From positions 393,527-457,526 of the forward strand of contig JAAOMT010000439.1 in NCBI GenBank assembly GCA_016748015.1: a stretch of DNA of 64,000 bases. Direction: 5' to 3'. This document shows positions 1-12,924 of this stretch, in pieces. The stretch comes from Geosiphon pyriformis uo1. Taxonomy: Eukaryota; Fungi; Glomeromycota. Within the stretch, counting starts at the first letter, position 1, and each line of letters begins with the position of its first letter. Both the position numbers and the translations under genes were made by a program. The notes under the pieces were generated by a model that saw only the letters and a list, made by a program, of their open reading frames with translations, searched no databases and was not told the origin of the DNA.

Positions 1-1498
1 AGATGTATCAATATGGAGAATAAAAAATTGATTCAAATTAGATTGCTAAGAATTAGCTTAGTAATTAGTTTTTTCTTTAGAGTTTCAAAAGCTTTTTGTT
101 AATATATATTCCAATAATAATTAACAATTTTTTAAATAGCTAATTGAATAAAAAAGTGATTTTAGAAAATTTTTTGACAAATTTGTGATAATAAAATACT
201 AAACCAAGAAAAAACCATAGTTTATAATTATTTATTGATTGTTTAATATTTTAAATCTTTTTAATTTTGGCTGAATTAGAAAAAATTTTATCTTTTGTAA
301 TAAGATGTCCAAAAAACTAAATAGATTAATATTCAAAGAAAAATTTGATTAAGTTAATCTTAAAACCAGTATTTCTAAGGAAATCAAAATTTTTTTATAA
401 ATATTTAAGATATTTATCTTAAGTTTTTAAGTATACCATTATGTCATTTAAATAAATTAAAACAAAGTTTTTTTTACTAATTTAAATACTTTGTCTATTA
501 GACATTAAAAAGTAGGAGAAGCATTAATAAGACCAAAAGACATAACTGTAAATTTGTAGATGTCATATTTAATAATGAAAACAGTTTTTTTCCTGTTTTT
601 TGAATTCATTTCTACTTGTTAAAATTTAGTAATTAAATTAATAGTTAAAAAAAAAACAACATTATTGAATTAATTTAGTATTGTATTAATTTTGAGAAGT
701 AGATATATGTTTTTTTAGTAATAACATTTAATTGACAGTAGTTGACACAAAAGCATAAGGTTTTATTTTTCTTAAATATTACTACAACTGAAAATGCTCA
801 TTTGTTCTTGGTTTTTTATATGAATTCAAAGTTTTTCATCTGATTTATTTCTTTTTTAATAAACTTATTATTATAATAATTGAATTAATAAAACTTTAAA
901 TAAATATAACAAGTTTTTTTGGTGGTAATAATGTGTTATATTACATAAATACATCTAGAAGTATCACTTTTTTGATATAATTGAGTTATTTTTAGCCAAT
1001 AAGTTTTCAATATTAATTTTTTTTTCTTTTAGAGAAGATTTTTTTTGTTCTACTATTAATAACTATATTTTTGGTAATTTACTTTCAAAAGACTTTTGTA
1101 CTTTTTTATTTTTTCTTAAGGTATTAAGTTGAATGATTTCCAATTTTTATAATAGATTAAACAGAACATATATTTATCACTAAAAAAATACAATAGTTTA
1201 TTGCACTAGCACTAGGCACAAAGATCATACTATTAATAACTGTATTTGGCTTTCTTGTTAGACTTTTTATTAAAAAATATTATAGTAAAGCCAGAAGATT
1301 AGCTTGTCATTTACAATGATTTTTTTTTTGTCAGCTTTAATATTGTTTAGTGACTTGTCATTATTGGTAAAGATAATATAAGCAAGTTCAGCAGTTTTTT
1401 TTTGTTTTTCTTTTTTATTGCTTTTTTTATCATTTAATTTATCTGATTATTTTTTTTTTTGGTTTTGCTTAAGTACTAAAGAAGTTGTTTAATAATAA
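1..1498 (-). mobile_element. Decayed Ty3/gypsy pol fragment (family C), RT region
   Basis: Minus-strand translation gives FVLIYLNDIMVY (decayed YLDD, ~428-466) and AFSVVVIFKKNKTLCFCVNYCQLN (~725-800), with many stops. It ends at the family A LTR at 1499. Confidence 0.7.
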
Positions 1499-2308
1499 TA
1501 TTACAAATAATTATTTGATGTATTAGAACAAATAACAAACTTATAACTTAGTACTTAATAACTGTTGATAATAGTAATTTTTGAAGGTTTTGAAATCTGA
1601 AAATTTTGGTTGAGTTTTTTGTATAATAAACAGAAATTTAATTGATGATTTTTCTCAATTTTTGTTTTTAGCATAGTAATTAGTTTATTTTAACAGTTAT
1701 GTTCTTTTAATAAGTTATCTTTAAGTTTTTTTATTCTTGTTTTATGGGTTTTTTATCAAATTATTCTTGACATTAATTATTTAATGCTTAATATCTTAAT
1801 TAATTAATAAACAACAAAAAAAATAAAAAAATGAAAAAAAAATTAATATTTTGTTAATAATTATAATTAAGAGCTATTGATTTAGTAAGATTAAGTATCA
1901 GATTCTATTAACATAAAGTGTTAATAGTATGGAATTGATTAATATTTGTTAATTAAATATTGATAACATAATTAAGTGATAATGGATGTTTTTATTGATA
2001 TATTTTTTGGAAAAATAAGTATTAGATAATTACTTGTTTTTAACTACTGTTTTTCTTAATTGTTTTGTTTTTTTTCTGCTTTTAACACTCTTATTATATA
2101 TATATAATTTTGTGTTATATAAAATTTCTTAAAATTTTTCAATTTTTTTAAAAGAAATCTTAGAATTTTAAAATTCTGGAATTTTGCAATTCCTTAAAAG
2201 AAATTCTGTAATTTCTCAAGAAAAATTCTGGAATTCTTTTTTTTTATTATGCTCCTTTTTTATTGGCTATTTTTTTACTTATTATGATTCCTATTTTTAT
2301 AAGTAATA
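1499..2308 (-). repeat. Family A LTR (3' LTR)
   Basis: Reverse-complement similarity to 12925-13767 and 16173-17015. Decayed TGTTA...TAACA termini. The adjacent sequence matches the PPT region at 16135-16172. Confidence 0.85.
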
Positions 2309-2815
2309 TTATTCTTTTTTTTAATATTAAGCTCTGTTAAAATCTTTCAAATCTTTTAACTTTTCTAAATTTCTCTTTTGAATTAATTTTATTATTTTTT
2401 TTTCTGAGCAATTTTGGTCTGTAATTTTTTAAATTGGACATTGGTAATTTTTCTCAATTAATTAATAGTTACTGTGTTTATTGTTGGGTATAATAGTATT
2501 TTTGAATGGTTTTGAAATTCTGCTAATAACCAGTATATTGTTTATGCTGATGTGAATATATTGTTTTTCTTTACAAATTGTTTTATTAGTTGTAATATTG
2601 TTATGTTAAACATTTATTTTGTTTTATTAATATATAAGTTTTGAATCTTGAGTTTTTGTTCTAAATAGTAATAGCAAAAATTTTTAAAAAATTGTTGTGT
2701 TCACTATTTTTAATTTTTTTTTATTAATTTCTTATATAGTACTATTGTTTTTAATGTTTCTAATAACATTTTTATTTTTATTATTATATTGTCTACTATG
2801 TTTTTAAGCTTTATA

Positions 2816-4106
2816 CAGTATAAGACAAAAAAAATTGGACACAAAAAACTAATTATTGTGCTTTAATTAATGGACCAAATTTTACAAAAAATATATTATT
2901 AAAAAGATAAAAAGCATATTATTTTATTAAAAAAAATTAATAGAATATTAATATAATATTTTTTTCCCTTTATTTACAATTACCATTTCACAACGCCATT
3001 TTATTGATCCTATTAACTCAATAAAGGTAGATCTGAAAATTATCCACCATTCTTTTTCTATAAACTGCATTAACTGGTCACAATTTTTGGGCATTCGCTT
3101 TTTTACCTTATTCTTGACAATAGTTTACAAGTTTTCAATAAAGTTCAAGTCGGGTGAATTGGCAGGCCAGTCAAGAACATTATTAATATTGGCAGCTATA
3201 AAGGCTTGAAAAACTTTGCTTTTGTGTTTTGGATTGTTGTCTTGCTGAAACTGTCACCTATATCCAAACATTCCTTTAATTTTAGGCAAGTGAGTACAAA
3301 GAATTTCTATGTAAAAATGACTATCCATTATTCCAGTAAAACAAAATAAACTTGTTTTTTCTCCTTTATAGAAACCACTTCAAGCAAAGACTTTTGTTCA
3401 ATTTTTTAGAATGACATAGGTGGACTATAAACCTTTATATCAATACTTTAGCATGTTTTAGAATAAACAAAAGGCCATTTCATCTGTAAAAACAGTTTGG
3501 TTTCAATTGTCATTTAAGTATTGGTAAGCCCATTCCAAACACTTTTTTTTATGTTTATCAGTAAGTATTGGGATGGTCTAAGGAAAGTCTTTTTTGTAAT
3601 CAAAAAATGCTAAATGCCTCCCAATTGTTCTATAGGATACTTCTACATTTATTTTTGACAATTTTGTTGTTAAAGTTTTCATTAAAATTGAGGAATCCCA
3701 TTTAATGTACAATTGTAATACTTGTAAAACAACTTCTTTAATCTTTTTTGGCTGACTATTTCCATCTGCATGTTCTACTATCCCAGTTTTTTCGAGTTTT
3801 TTAAGAATATTGTAAATAATAGAACATGGTATATTTGTTTGCTTCTGTATTTTTGCTGTAATTTATATTTCTTGGTTCCAAAAATACAATACTGTTTGCC
3901 ATTGTATTTCTTGCTTGGAAGTTGCTATTTTCATGTGAAAATTAAAAAAAAAATTAATAAAATGCACAAAAAAATATATAAGTCAATAACCATTTATTTT
4001 TATATTTATTTTCAACTAACCTTGCTACAATCTAACCAAAATTGGTTAAACTAGATCAAATCTTGTAAGATGCATTTTTTTGTTCAATTTTTTTTGTTCC
4101 AGACTG
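2816..4106 (-). mobile_element. Tc1/mariner DNA transposon (~1.29 kb)
   Basis: TIRs CAGTATAAGACAAAAAAAATTGGACA and the reverse complement CAGTCTGGAACAAAAAAAATTGAACA. Flanked by TA at 2814-2815 and 4107-4108. Confidence 0.92.
2948..3934 (-). pseudogene. Tc1-type DDE transposase pseudogene
   Basis: Motifs VFTDE, FQQDNNPKH and VLDWPANSPDLNFIEN on the minus strand, interrupted by stops. Confidence 0.88.
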
Positions 4107-7100
4107 TATGTACTCTATATTGTACTTTGTATTAGAATTTTGGTTTTTTTTTTGTGTTTTTATATTGAATAGTTTGTTGATTGATTGTAATTTTCATGTT
4201 TAGTTTTTGATGTTTAATGAATTAAAATAATTGTTGAATTAAGAAGTAAATATTGTCTATAATTTTTATCTTTTCTATTGCTTTTATTAAGTGTATTGGT
4301 TTTTTATATATTGTTCTAGTAGATCAATTTAATGTATTTGTGTTAATAATTATAATTGGTTCTAGATTTCATAAAATTTTATCTGGTTAAACTAGTATTT
4401 GTTGTACTCTTAATTGTAAAATATTATTAATAGATAATGATATTATATTGTAATATGATTTCAATTGATCATTATGTACTGTTTTAACTAAGATTTTGTT
4501 GTCCTATCTTAATTTATATGCTCTATTTTTCAGAATTTTTTTAATGTAAAATGGATTGTTTTATTTGAAATCAAACTTTTTACTCTATTGTTTTTCTATT
4601 TTGGTATAATATAAAAATACTTTGTTTTTAATCTTTATCTGATAATTGGTTATTATGTTATTTTTTTTGTTTTTCTTGTAACTTTTATATATTATTAGCT
4701 GTTCTTTATTTTTTGTTTTCTAAAGTTTCTATTAAGTCATATGTTTTTTTCAGCAATGTTTCTTGAAAGTTGGCATTTGTTATTGGTTTATTTGAATATA
4801 TATTAATTTTTATCTCAACTAATAATATTGTTGTTTTATTATAAACTAGTTTAAATAATGTTGTTTATATAATATTTTGCTTTTCATAAGCAAATAATAC
4901 TAATAATATAAACAAATTTTATTCATTTTGGTTTTTTTGGCTGATTTTGGTTATTGCTTTATACAATGTTCTGTTGAATCTTTTAACTAAATTATTGGTT
5001 TATAGATAATATAAAGATAATGATAGTTTTTTGATTCCAAATTTTTAACTTAATTTTGTTAATATTCTGTTTATAAAATAAGTTTTTTGGTCTGATAACA
5101 ATTTTTTTAAACATTTATATTGACAAATCAAATCTTGGTATATGAATTTAGCTACAAATTCTGCATTTGCTCTCTGAATTGTTTTAGCTTTTGGCCATTT
5201 TGTAAATAATTCATAACTACTGTTATATATCAGTTGTTTTTACTGATTATAGTTAATAATCTGACTAAGTCAATTTTAATTCAATCAAATAGTTGTTTTA
5301 CTTTAATTGGTCTTAATAGTTTATTAAGTTTTGTTCTTTTTTTTTGGCAAGCATTATAATTTTGAATATATTGGATAATATTTGAATACATTAATGGCCA
5401 ATAGTATTTTTTTCAGGTTTTTTCTATGGTTGTTTCTTTATGAAAATGTTTTGCAATTAGATCTGAATACATATTAAACAGTATTGTTTCTTTTTTTGGT
5501 TTTGTTATTACTCTGAATAGTTAATCTGAATTTTTTTTGTTTTTCTAATATAGTATATTTTGATAAATAATAAAATATATTGATTTTTGTTTTATGTAAT
5601 TTTGTTCTTTTTGAAATAATTTTTTCTTAAACTGTTGAGTATTAATATAATATTAAAATTGTTGGTATTTTTGTGTATTTATTTTTTATTGTATTTTTGG
5701 GTTAAAATGTTTTTAAATTTGTTTTATTTATAACAAACTATTAGCATTTCTATTTTATTTTATTTTTTATAGTATATTGTATAATTAAATAGTAAGAGTT
5801 TTATTTTTCATTTTGTATAGTAATTATCTTCAAATTTTTGTTTCTGAATTAATGTTAATTCTTTGTAATTAGTATACACATTAAACTTTTGACTTAAATA
5901 TTTTTTTTATTTTATAACAACTCAATAAATAATTAAATGTTTTAGTATTAGAGTTTTATAGTTTTTTTCAGCTGAACTTAAACTTTGGCTGATATATGTT
6001 ACTGAATGTTTTTGTTAATTTAATCTTTTTTGTAATAGCATTGCTTTTAATACTTGATCTGATATATCAATAGTAATAATAAATGGTTTGCTGTAATTTA
6101 AATAGATCAATATTGAAGCTTGAATAAGCTTTTTTTATAGTATATTAAAAGCTTCTTGTTGGTTTTCTGTTTATTCATATTTGGTATTTTTTGCTTGGAG
6201 CTAGTAGAATGGTTAAGCCAGTTTGGAAAAGTTTTAGATTAAGTGACAGTAGTATTTAATGAATTCCAAAAATACTTTTAGTTCTATCAAGTTTGTTGAT
6301 ATTAAAAAGTTCTTAATTATTTCAATTTTATTTGAATTTGTTTTAATGTTATTTTTGTTTATAATATGTTTCAAAAACTTGAATTCTGTTTTTTTAAAGA
6401 AGTATTTAGTACTATTTATTTTAATTCAGCTTTTTTTAACTTTTTAAATACTTATTGAAGATAATAAAGATAATTGTTGAATGTTTTGAAGAATATATTG
6501 GTGTTATCTAAGTAAACTATTATTGATTTCCATAACAATTTAATATAGATAATTTTTATTAGCTATTGGAAAATAGCTAAGATATTAGTTAAGTCAAAAG
6601 ACATAATATTAAATTCAAAGTTTTTTTTTCTGGTGGTAAATACTATCTTTTTTTGTTGGCTAAATTCATGGCTACTTGTCAATAACTATTATTTAAGTTT
6701 AATATAAAGAACTATTTCTTTCTTTTAAAATTATTGAATAGTTTTTAAATCTATAAAGTGAGATAATTGTTTTTATAAATAATATTGTTAAGTTTTCTAT
6801 AATTCACACAAAAGTAAATATTTCTAACAAATACTACTGATAATAATTATAGATTCATTGATAATTGATTAACCTATTGTCCTAACATATAATTAATTTC
6901 TTGACAAATAATCTTATGGTTGGCAAGTAATATTCAGTATGTTTTTTGTTTAATTAGCATTGTATCTTCTATTTTAATTTAATATTAAATAATGTTAGTT
7001 CTACCAAATTTGTTTTTACTTGTAAAAATATTAGTAAAATTGTTAAATAATATCTTAAATTACATATATTGTAATAGGTCTAAGTTTTTTAAGTTTATTT

Positions 7101-7568
7101 GCTTTAATTGTTCTAATTATAGCAAATAACATTCTTTTTATCCATAAATTGTCTGTAATATAATGTCTACATATCTACACAATTGTAGAAAATCTGAAAT
7201 AATAATTGGTGTTTGATTTTTAACTTCAATGCTTAAGTATCTAATAGTAATTCTGCTTGGTATTTTTATTGAATTTTTAGTTGTATTGTATATTGGAATC
7301 TTGATGTGTTTGTGGTTTTTTGTTAATATGTAGAGATTAATAGCAATCTTTTCTAATTTACCAATAATAAGTTTTATTTTAAAAATTTGGGCTTGATTTT
7401 TTATTTTTCTTTCTATAATTAATATATGCTGGTTATATAATAGAATAGAAATTAATTAATAAATGAAAATAGTTTTTTCTTAATCAATTATTTTTTTTTC
7501 TATTATATTAATTGGTATTTCTATTTTATTTATGAATTCAAATTTATTTATTTCTCTTGCTGTTATTC

Positions 7569-7920
7569 TTAATTTTTTTTTGTTTCTATTAATACTAACT
7601 GAGCTATTTTTATCAGAAGCAGAAATATTGTTTGTGCTATTTTTTTATTTGGTTTAATTGTATATGCTTTTTTTAATTTATTTTGTAATATTGCAATAAT
7701 ATTTTTTATATATCTTGTATCAATTACTCCTCTTCTAATATTAATTTCTTTTTTTATTAAACTAGATTTAGACACTAATTAGACTATTGTTGTTGCCAAA
7801 ATTTTCAGTGTTATTTTTAAATCTATGTTGGTATGCAAATAAAATTCTAATCTGATAATAGTTTTTCTTAGATATTTAAGATTAAACTCTGTATTAATAT
7901 CATATATGTATTCTGGCATA
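7569..7920 (-). pseudogene. dUTPase domain remnant within family A pol
   Basis: MPEYIYDINTEFNLKYLRK and SKSSLIKKEINIRRGVIDTRYIKNIIAILQN are decayed dUTPase motifs 1-3 and align with 61045-61890. Confidence 0.8.
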
Positions 7921-10409
7921 ATACTCTTATTATTATTGCTAAACTATTTAAGTTTCTGCTTTTTTAAAAAATCTGAAAGTGGAATATATTGTTTAGGATT
8001 GAAATTAAAGTTTAAATTAATATTGCTGTTGTTGTTATTATAAACAAAGTTGGGATTATTGTTGTTATTATTGTCAGAGTTTAAATTAAAATTAAATTTT
8101 GATTCTAATTCCAAAGTGCAACTGCTGATTGGTTCTTTTTTTTTTGAGAATAATATAAATCATGCATGATGATAGATTGTGAATAAAGTTATAATTATCA
8201 TAATATTCGAAGTTATTGAAAATTAAACAATTTTTAGAGTCTAATATTTAATTATTCTAAATCCTGCTCTTGTTTTTTTCAAATAGATGTTAAATCTTGA
8301 TAATGTTAATAAAATTGTTCTAAATTACTCAAGATATCAACAAAGATGTTTGGATTTAGAATGAAAATGGTTTTAATAAGTTTTAGTGAATTGGTTTTGA
8401 TTATAAGTATTTTACTAAGTGAAATACTTTTGACTTTAACATTTGTTATTTACCAGATTTTGTCTTTATAATATGAATAATCATTCAAATATAACAGAGC
8501 TCTATTTTATATAGTGTTAAATGACATTCCTTTGCTTACTTAGTTGCTAATGTTTTTTTTTTGACCAGAAATGTCATTTTATATTCTTTTATTAAGTAGT
8601 ATTTCTTTACAAATAAAACATGATTTATTGTTTCACTTTTTCTGTTATTTTGGATAATCAAAGCATTTTCAATAGAATATTTTACAATAGTAACAAGTAT
8701 ATATTTCATAGTCTTCTTCAAATAAAATTCAAGCTTTTATGAATAAAAGTTTTTTCTTATAGTCTTTGTATTTAAGTAAGATATAGAATAATTGTTTTCT
8801 TGGTTTTGATATTAAATATAATATATGCCAACTGCTGGCTGTTTTTTTAATAATGATAATAATGGCTTGAAGTTTGTTTGTTTTTTTTTATTTGCCTTTT
8901 TTTTTCCAAAAAAGTATTGATAATAGTTTATTGTAATTGTTTTCAGCCTATAAAACTTGATAAGCTTTCCAAATAGGTTGTTTTTTTTCTTTGAACTTAA
9001 TTAATGGTTGTTTTCTTAAAGTAGTTCTAAAGTAATCACAGATGGCAGGTACTTAAGTATGCTAACTATTAAATATTAACTAAAATTTTTGGGTGTTTTA
9101 ATTAAGTATAATATTGGTTTTGAATAGCCAGTTGTTACCAATAAGAGCTTAATACTATATAGCTTTTATAATAAAGACTTTAATTAACATAATAATGCTA
9201 TTGACTTTAAAAAAGTTATCAATTTTACTAATTAGAGTTTTTGTTGCTTTATTAGCAATAATAATTTTGGCACTTGAAGTTTAATCAACTTGGTAACTTA
9301 ATTGGTTCATAAGTTATTATGTAATAATATTGTCTGTTAATTCATTATTAAGAATAAGCTTAATAATTTAGTTATTAATTTTGACATCAGTATATATGGT
9401 GGTAATTGGTTTAACATTAAGAAAATTTTTACTAAATAGAAGTTTTGTTGTTAATTTTTCTAATTCAAAAAGAAAAATAATGACAAGTAATTTATTCTTA
9501 GTAATAATTATTAATGGAATATTATTGATAAGTGGTTGTGTTGATGGTTCTAAATCATTGATAGAATATTTTTTGGAGTAATCAAAAGACTTAAATAGCT
9601 TTAAAAATTTGAGTTTTGAATATATCCACTTTCCAAATTCCACTGGCATAATTTTAATAACTGGTTTAATAAACTGGTATATTATTATTACTTATCTCTA
9701 ATTTTGTTAAGTGTAAGTGATTTTTGGTCTTGAATTTCCAGTTAATATTAGCACTGTATTTTGGAGCAGCACTTAAATTTATGAGAGTTGATAAACTATC
9801 TGTAATTATAGAGCTTAATAAATTACCAATATTAGAGTTAGATAAATTGAAGATATATATATTGATTATTATATTAATATGGTTTAAATAAAAAATTGTT
9901 GGCATAGTTTTGGGTTTGAAATCTGCAATTGAAATTTTAATATTAGTTTTTCAATTATAATTTATTAAATCTAACATGGCAATCTGCTTTTAAATAATTT
10001 TGTCTATTACAATAGTAATAATTATGTGTTTCTTGTTGTCATAGTTGATTTAGTAATAATAATAATAATAAACACAACTGATTTTAAAATTAATTGGAAT
10101 TTTTTGGATTGTTATAACATTGAAAAAACTAATAGATTGCTTGATTATTAATTAAGTATCTCTCAATTTTTTAATTAATGACTTTACCAAATTGTTTTAA
10201 TTTGGTATTTAATTCAAATAATCAGTTTATTACTAAATTTACAGCTTAGACATAGTTGGTTTCAAGTTCAACTAATTTAAAATCTTGGGCATATGTAACT
10301 GCATCTTGAAGAGTATTTAGGTACAATGAACATACTTATTATAGCAAACTGTTATATAAACCACAAATAAATTGGTTTAAAATCTGTAGTGCTGTAAAGT
10401 ACTTAATGT

Positions 10410-11372
10410 TGTTACCAGAGGTTTTTGGTCTTTTTTCTTGAATATTATTAATGTTGATTTGCTGTGAATTTACATTCTCAGAAAGTAGTTGAACCTCCAG
10501 TAACTTAATTTATCTTCAAATTATCTTCTATAATTTGAACTGCTGGGCTTATAAGTAGAATAGCCAATTCCTTGCCAGTTACTTTATGTAGTTACATTGT
10601 AGTAAATATCAACTTTTTTCTAAGAATTGCTTGTCTGAAAGCTCACTAAAATGTGTAGTTATTTTGCTGTAAAAGTCAACTTTTCTACAAGAATCTTATC
10701 TGTAGGCTACCTTAATGATTGTAATAAAAAAAAAATAAAAAAATAAAAAAAAATAAAAAAAATAGAATTTTATCAAGGGAAACGTTTTCTATTTAGGCCT
10801 AAAGTCACTAACAAATTACTGAAATTGGTAGCTAATTAATTTCAAAAATGTTAGTTGTGTTGAGAAAATTTTAAGTGCAATACTCAAAGAATTTGGTTTT
10901 TGAATATTTTAATTTTTATTTGAATGTGTAAAAGATAATTTGTTCTAATTAAGATATCTAAAATAAGATAATATGTTAAGATACTATAAGAAGATATATT
11001 TTCTTGAAGAGAGAAGTTTTTTTTTTATACAACTTGTTATAATACTAATCTTTGAACTTGCACTTTTCTCTTTGCTTTAGTTTTAGTAAACTAAAGATAT
11101 ATTTCGGCAAACTACAAGTTATTTTACTGAACTATTGATTATTTCGGCAAATTTTTATTAATTTGACTATGTTAAATGGTTTAGGGTATTGTGTAATTTG
11201 TTCATCTTAATTTTTATAGTACAAATCAAATTATTAATTGAGTAATAATATTTGATAATTTGATTAAATAATAATAAGTAATAATCGAAATAATAATAAT
11301 ATATGCTAATTAATAATAAGAATTATGAGGGTAATTTCATGCTAATTAATAGCTAAAATTCTACTGGTAATA
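10410..11372 (-). mobile_element. Solo LTR of family B inserted in the family A gag
   Basis: High similarity to 56232-57166. Termini TGTTACC...GGTAATA. Perfect 4-bp TSD ATGT at 10406-10409 and 11373-11376. The gag reading resumes across the insertion. Confidence 0.92.
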
Positions 11373-12629
11373 ATGTCAACTGCTTGAATTTAGTGCAGAT
11401 TCTTGTAAAAGTGTTTTAAATAAGTAGTAACTGCTTCTGTATTACTTTGTTTAATTATGATAAAACTAGTTAACAAGCAATTAATAATAATATTATTATT
11501 GAAATATTGCAAAAACCTAGTTTTAAACTTGTTAAAAATTTGTGGTTTGTTAATCAAGCTCTAATATTACAAATTGGCAGTATTCTAAAGAAAATATGAA
11601 ACAACTTAAAATGCTTTAACATTATTCCATCTGTTGGCTGTAATAACTTTTGTCATATTATTTAGCTATGCTTATGTATTGTTATTTTTGTTGGTAAATT
11701 TTTCAAGTTTTGTAATTGGTGTATAAGTCATTAATGCAAGTTATTGTTGTTGTAATTGTTGAAGAATAACAATTGGTGCCACTGGTAATTGATTAATTAA
11801 AATAACTAAAAGTAAGTTTTGTTAAATAAAGTTTGAATTGTTCAGATTTTGCTAAGTTTAAACAATCAGAGTTTGGACTTTTGGGTTATTTGGAATTGAG
11901 TTTTGATTATTTTTTTTCTGATTACTGTTTTTTTTTTGGATTAATGTCTGTCTAATTACTAATAAATCCAAAATTTAGTTAAGAAAATGGTAATCAAAGT
12001 TCTAATAATATTGTTAATTACAATTTAAATTCTTTAAAAAAATTGTTGTAAGTTCTTAATATTTTAGTTTTTTCTTAATTGTTTTGAAATAGTACTTGTG
12101 ATAATAATGTTTTTGCTGTAAACATAACTGTTAATATTATTTGGATGGTGTTTCCAGATATATAATAATATAATAAGTAAATAAGTAAAACAATTTTTGG
12201 TTTTTTTTAAGTAAACAGTTGTATTTTCTTTGGTATTTTTGCTGGAGTTTGTGATTTTTCTTTTTTTTTGTTTATAAAGATAATAAAAAATCTCTGTTGA
12301 GTGTAATTTTTAATTTTTTGATTTATCTCTGTAATTAATAAGATAAACAAATAATTTTGTAAAAGCATAATGCTTTGGAGTAATTTACTTTAAGAATTTT
12401 TAAAAGTGGCTTTTAAATCTCCTTGGTCTTTCAAATAGGATTTAATTTTTTTGTTGATGTAGTAATTGAAAGCTGATTTTGCTGGCCAATAATTATTTGT
12501 CAGTTTAAGATGAATTTGATAGTGTTAAAATAAGAATTTTGCAAATTTTAAATGATTTTCTCCTATAATTTTCTGGTCTGCCACTTTTCTTGATGGTTGA
12601 TGTTAGTGCTAATTCTTTGTTAAATTATA

Positions 12630-12646
12630 CCTTACAAGGAGCACCA
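12630..12646 (-). promoter_or_regulatory. Primer-binding site of family A
   Basis: Minus strand TGGTGCTCCTTGTAAGG, 2 nt inside the LTR end. A decayed copy, TGGTGCTTCTTATGAAA, lies at 13770-13786. Complementary to a tRNA 3' end ...GGAGCACCA. Confidence 0.8.
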
Positions 12647-12648
12647 AA

Positions 12649-12924
12649 TATTACAAGTAATTATTTGGATTGCTAAAACAAATAACAAATTTGTAATTTG
12701 GTGCTTAATAGTTAGTAATATTGATAATATTAGTAATTTTTGAAGGTTTTAGAGTTTGAAAATTTTGGTTGAGTCTTTTGTATAATGAACAGAGTTTTAA
12801 TTAATGATTTTTTTCATGAATTTTTTTTTAGTGTAATAATCAGTTTATTTTGACAGTTATGCTCTTCTAGTAAACTATCCTTAAATTTTTTACTAGACTA
12901 TCCTTAACATTAAATACTTAGTGC
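12649..12924 (-). repeat. Family A 5' LTR, first part (interrupted)
   Basis: Matches 1499-~1788 and continues at 17020 after the nested element. Confidence 0.85.

Larger units (their letters stand above)
4330..12600 (-). pseudogene. Family A gag-pol pseudogene (gag, protease, Cys-rich insert, dUTPase, RT, RNase H, integrase)
   Basis: Decayed motifs: QILNQFICGL (gag, ~10360-10390), LILNNELTDNI (equivalent to LILDSGS, ~9328-9360), YILLKYKDYKKKL (~8750-8790), VYLDNT (RT, ~6500-6518) and integrase at ~4450-5700. Collinear with family B at 57999-64000. Confidence 0.85.

Noticed and set aside
3770-4054. 94-aa plus-strand ORF
   Set aside because: Antisense to the 5' end of the Tc1 transposase, low complexity and with no motif.
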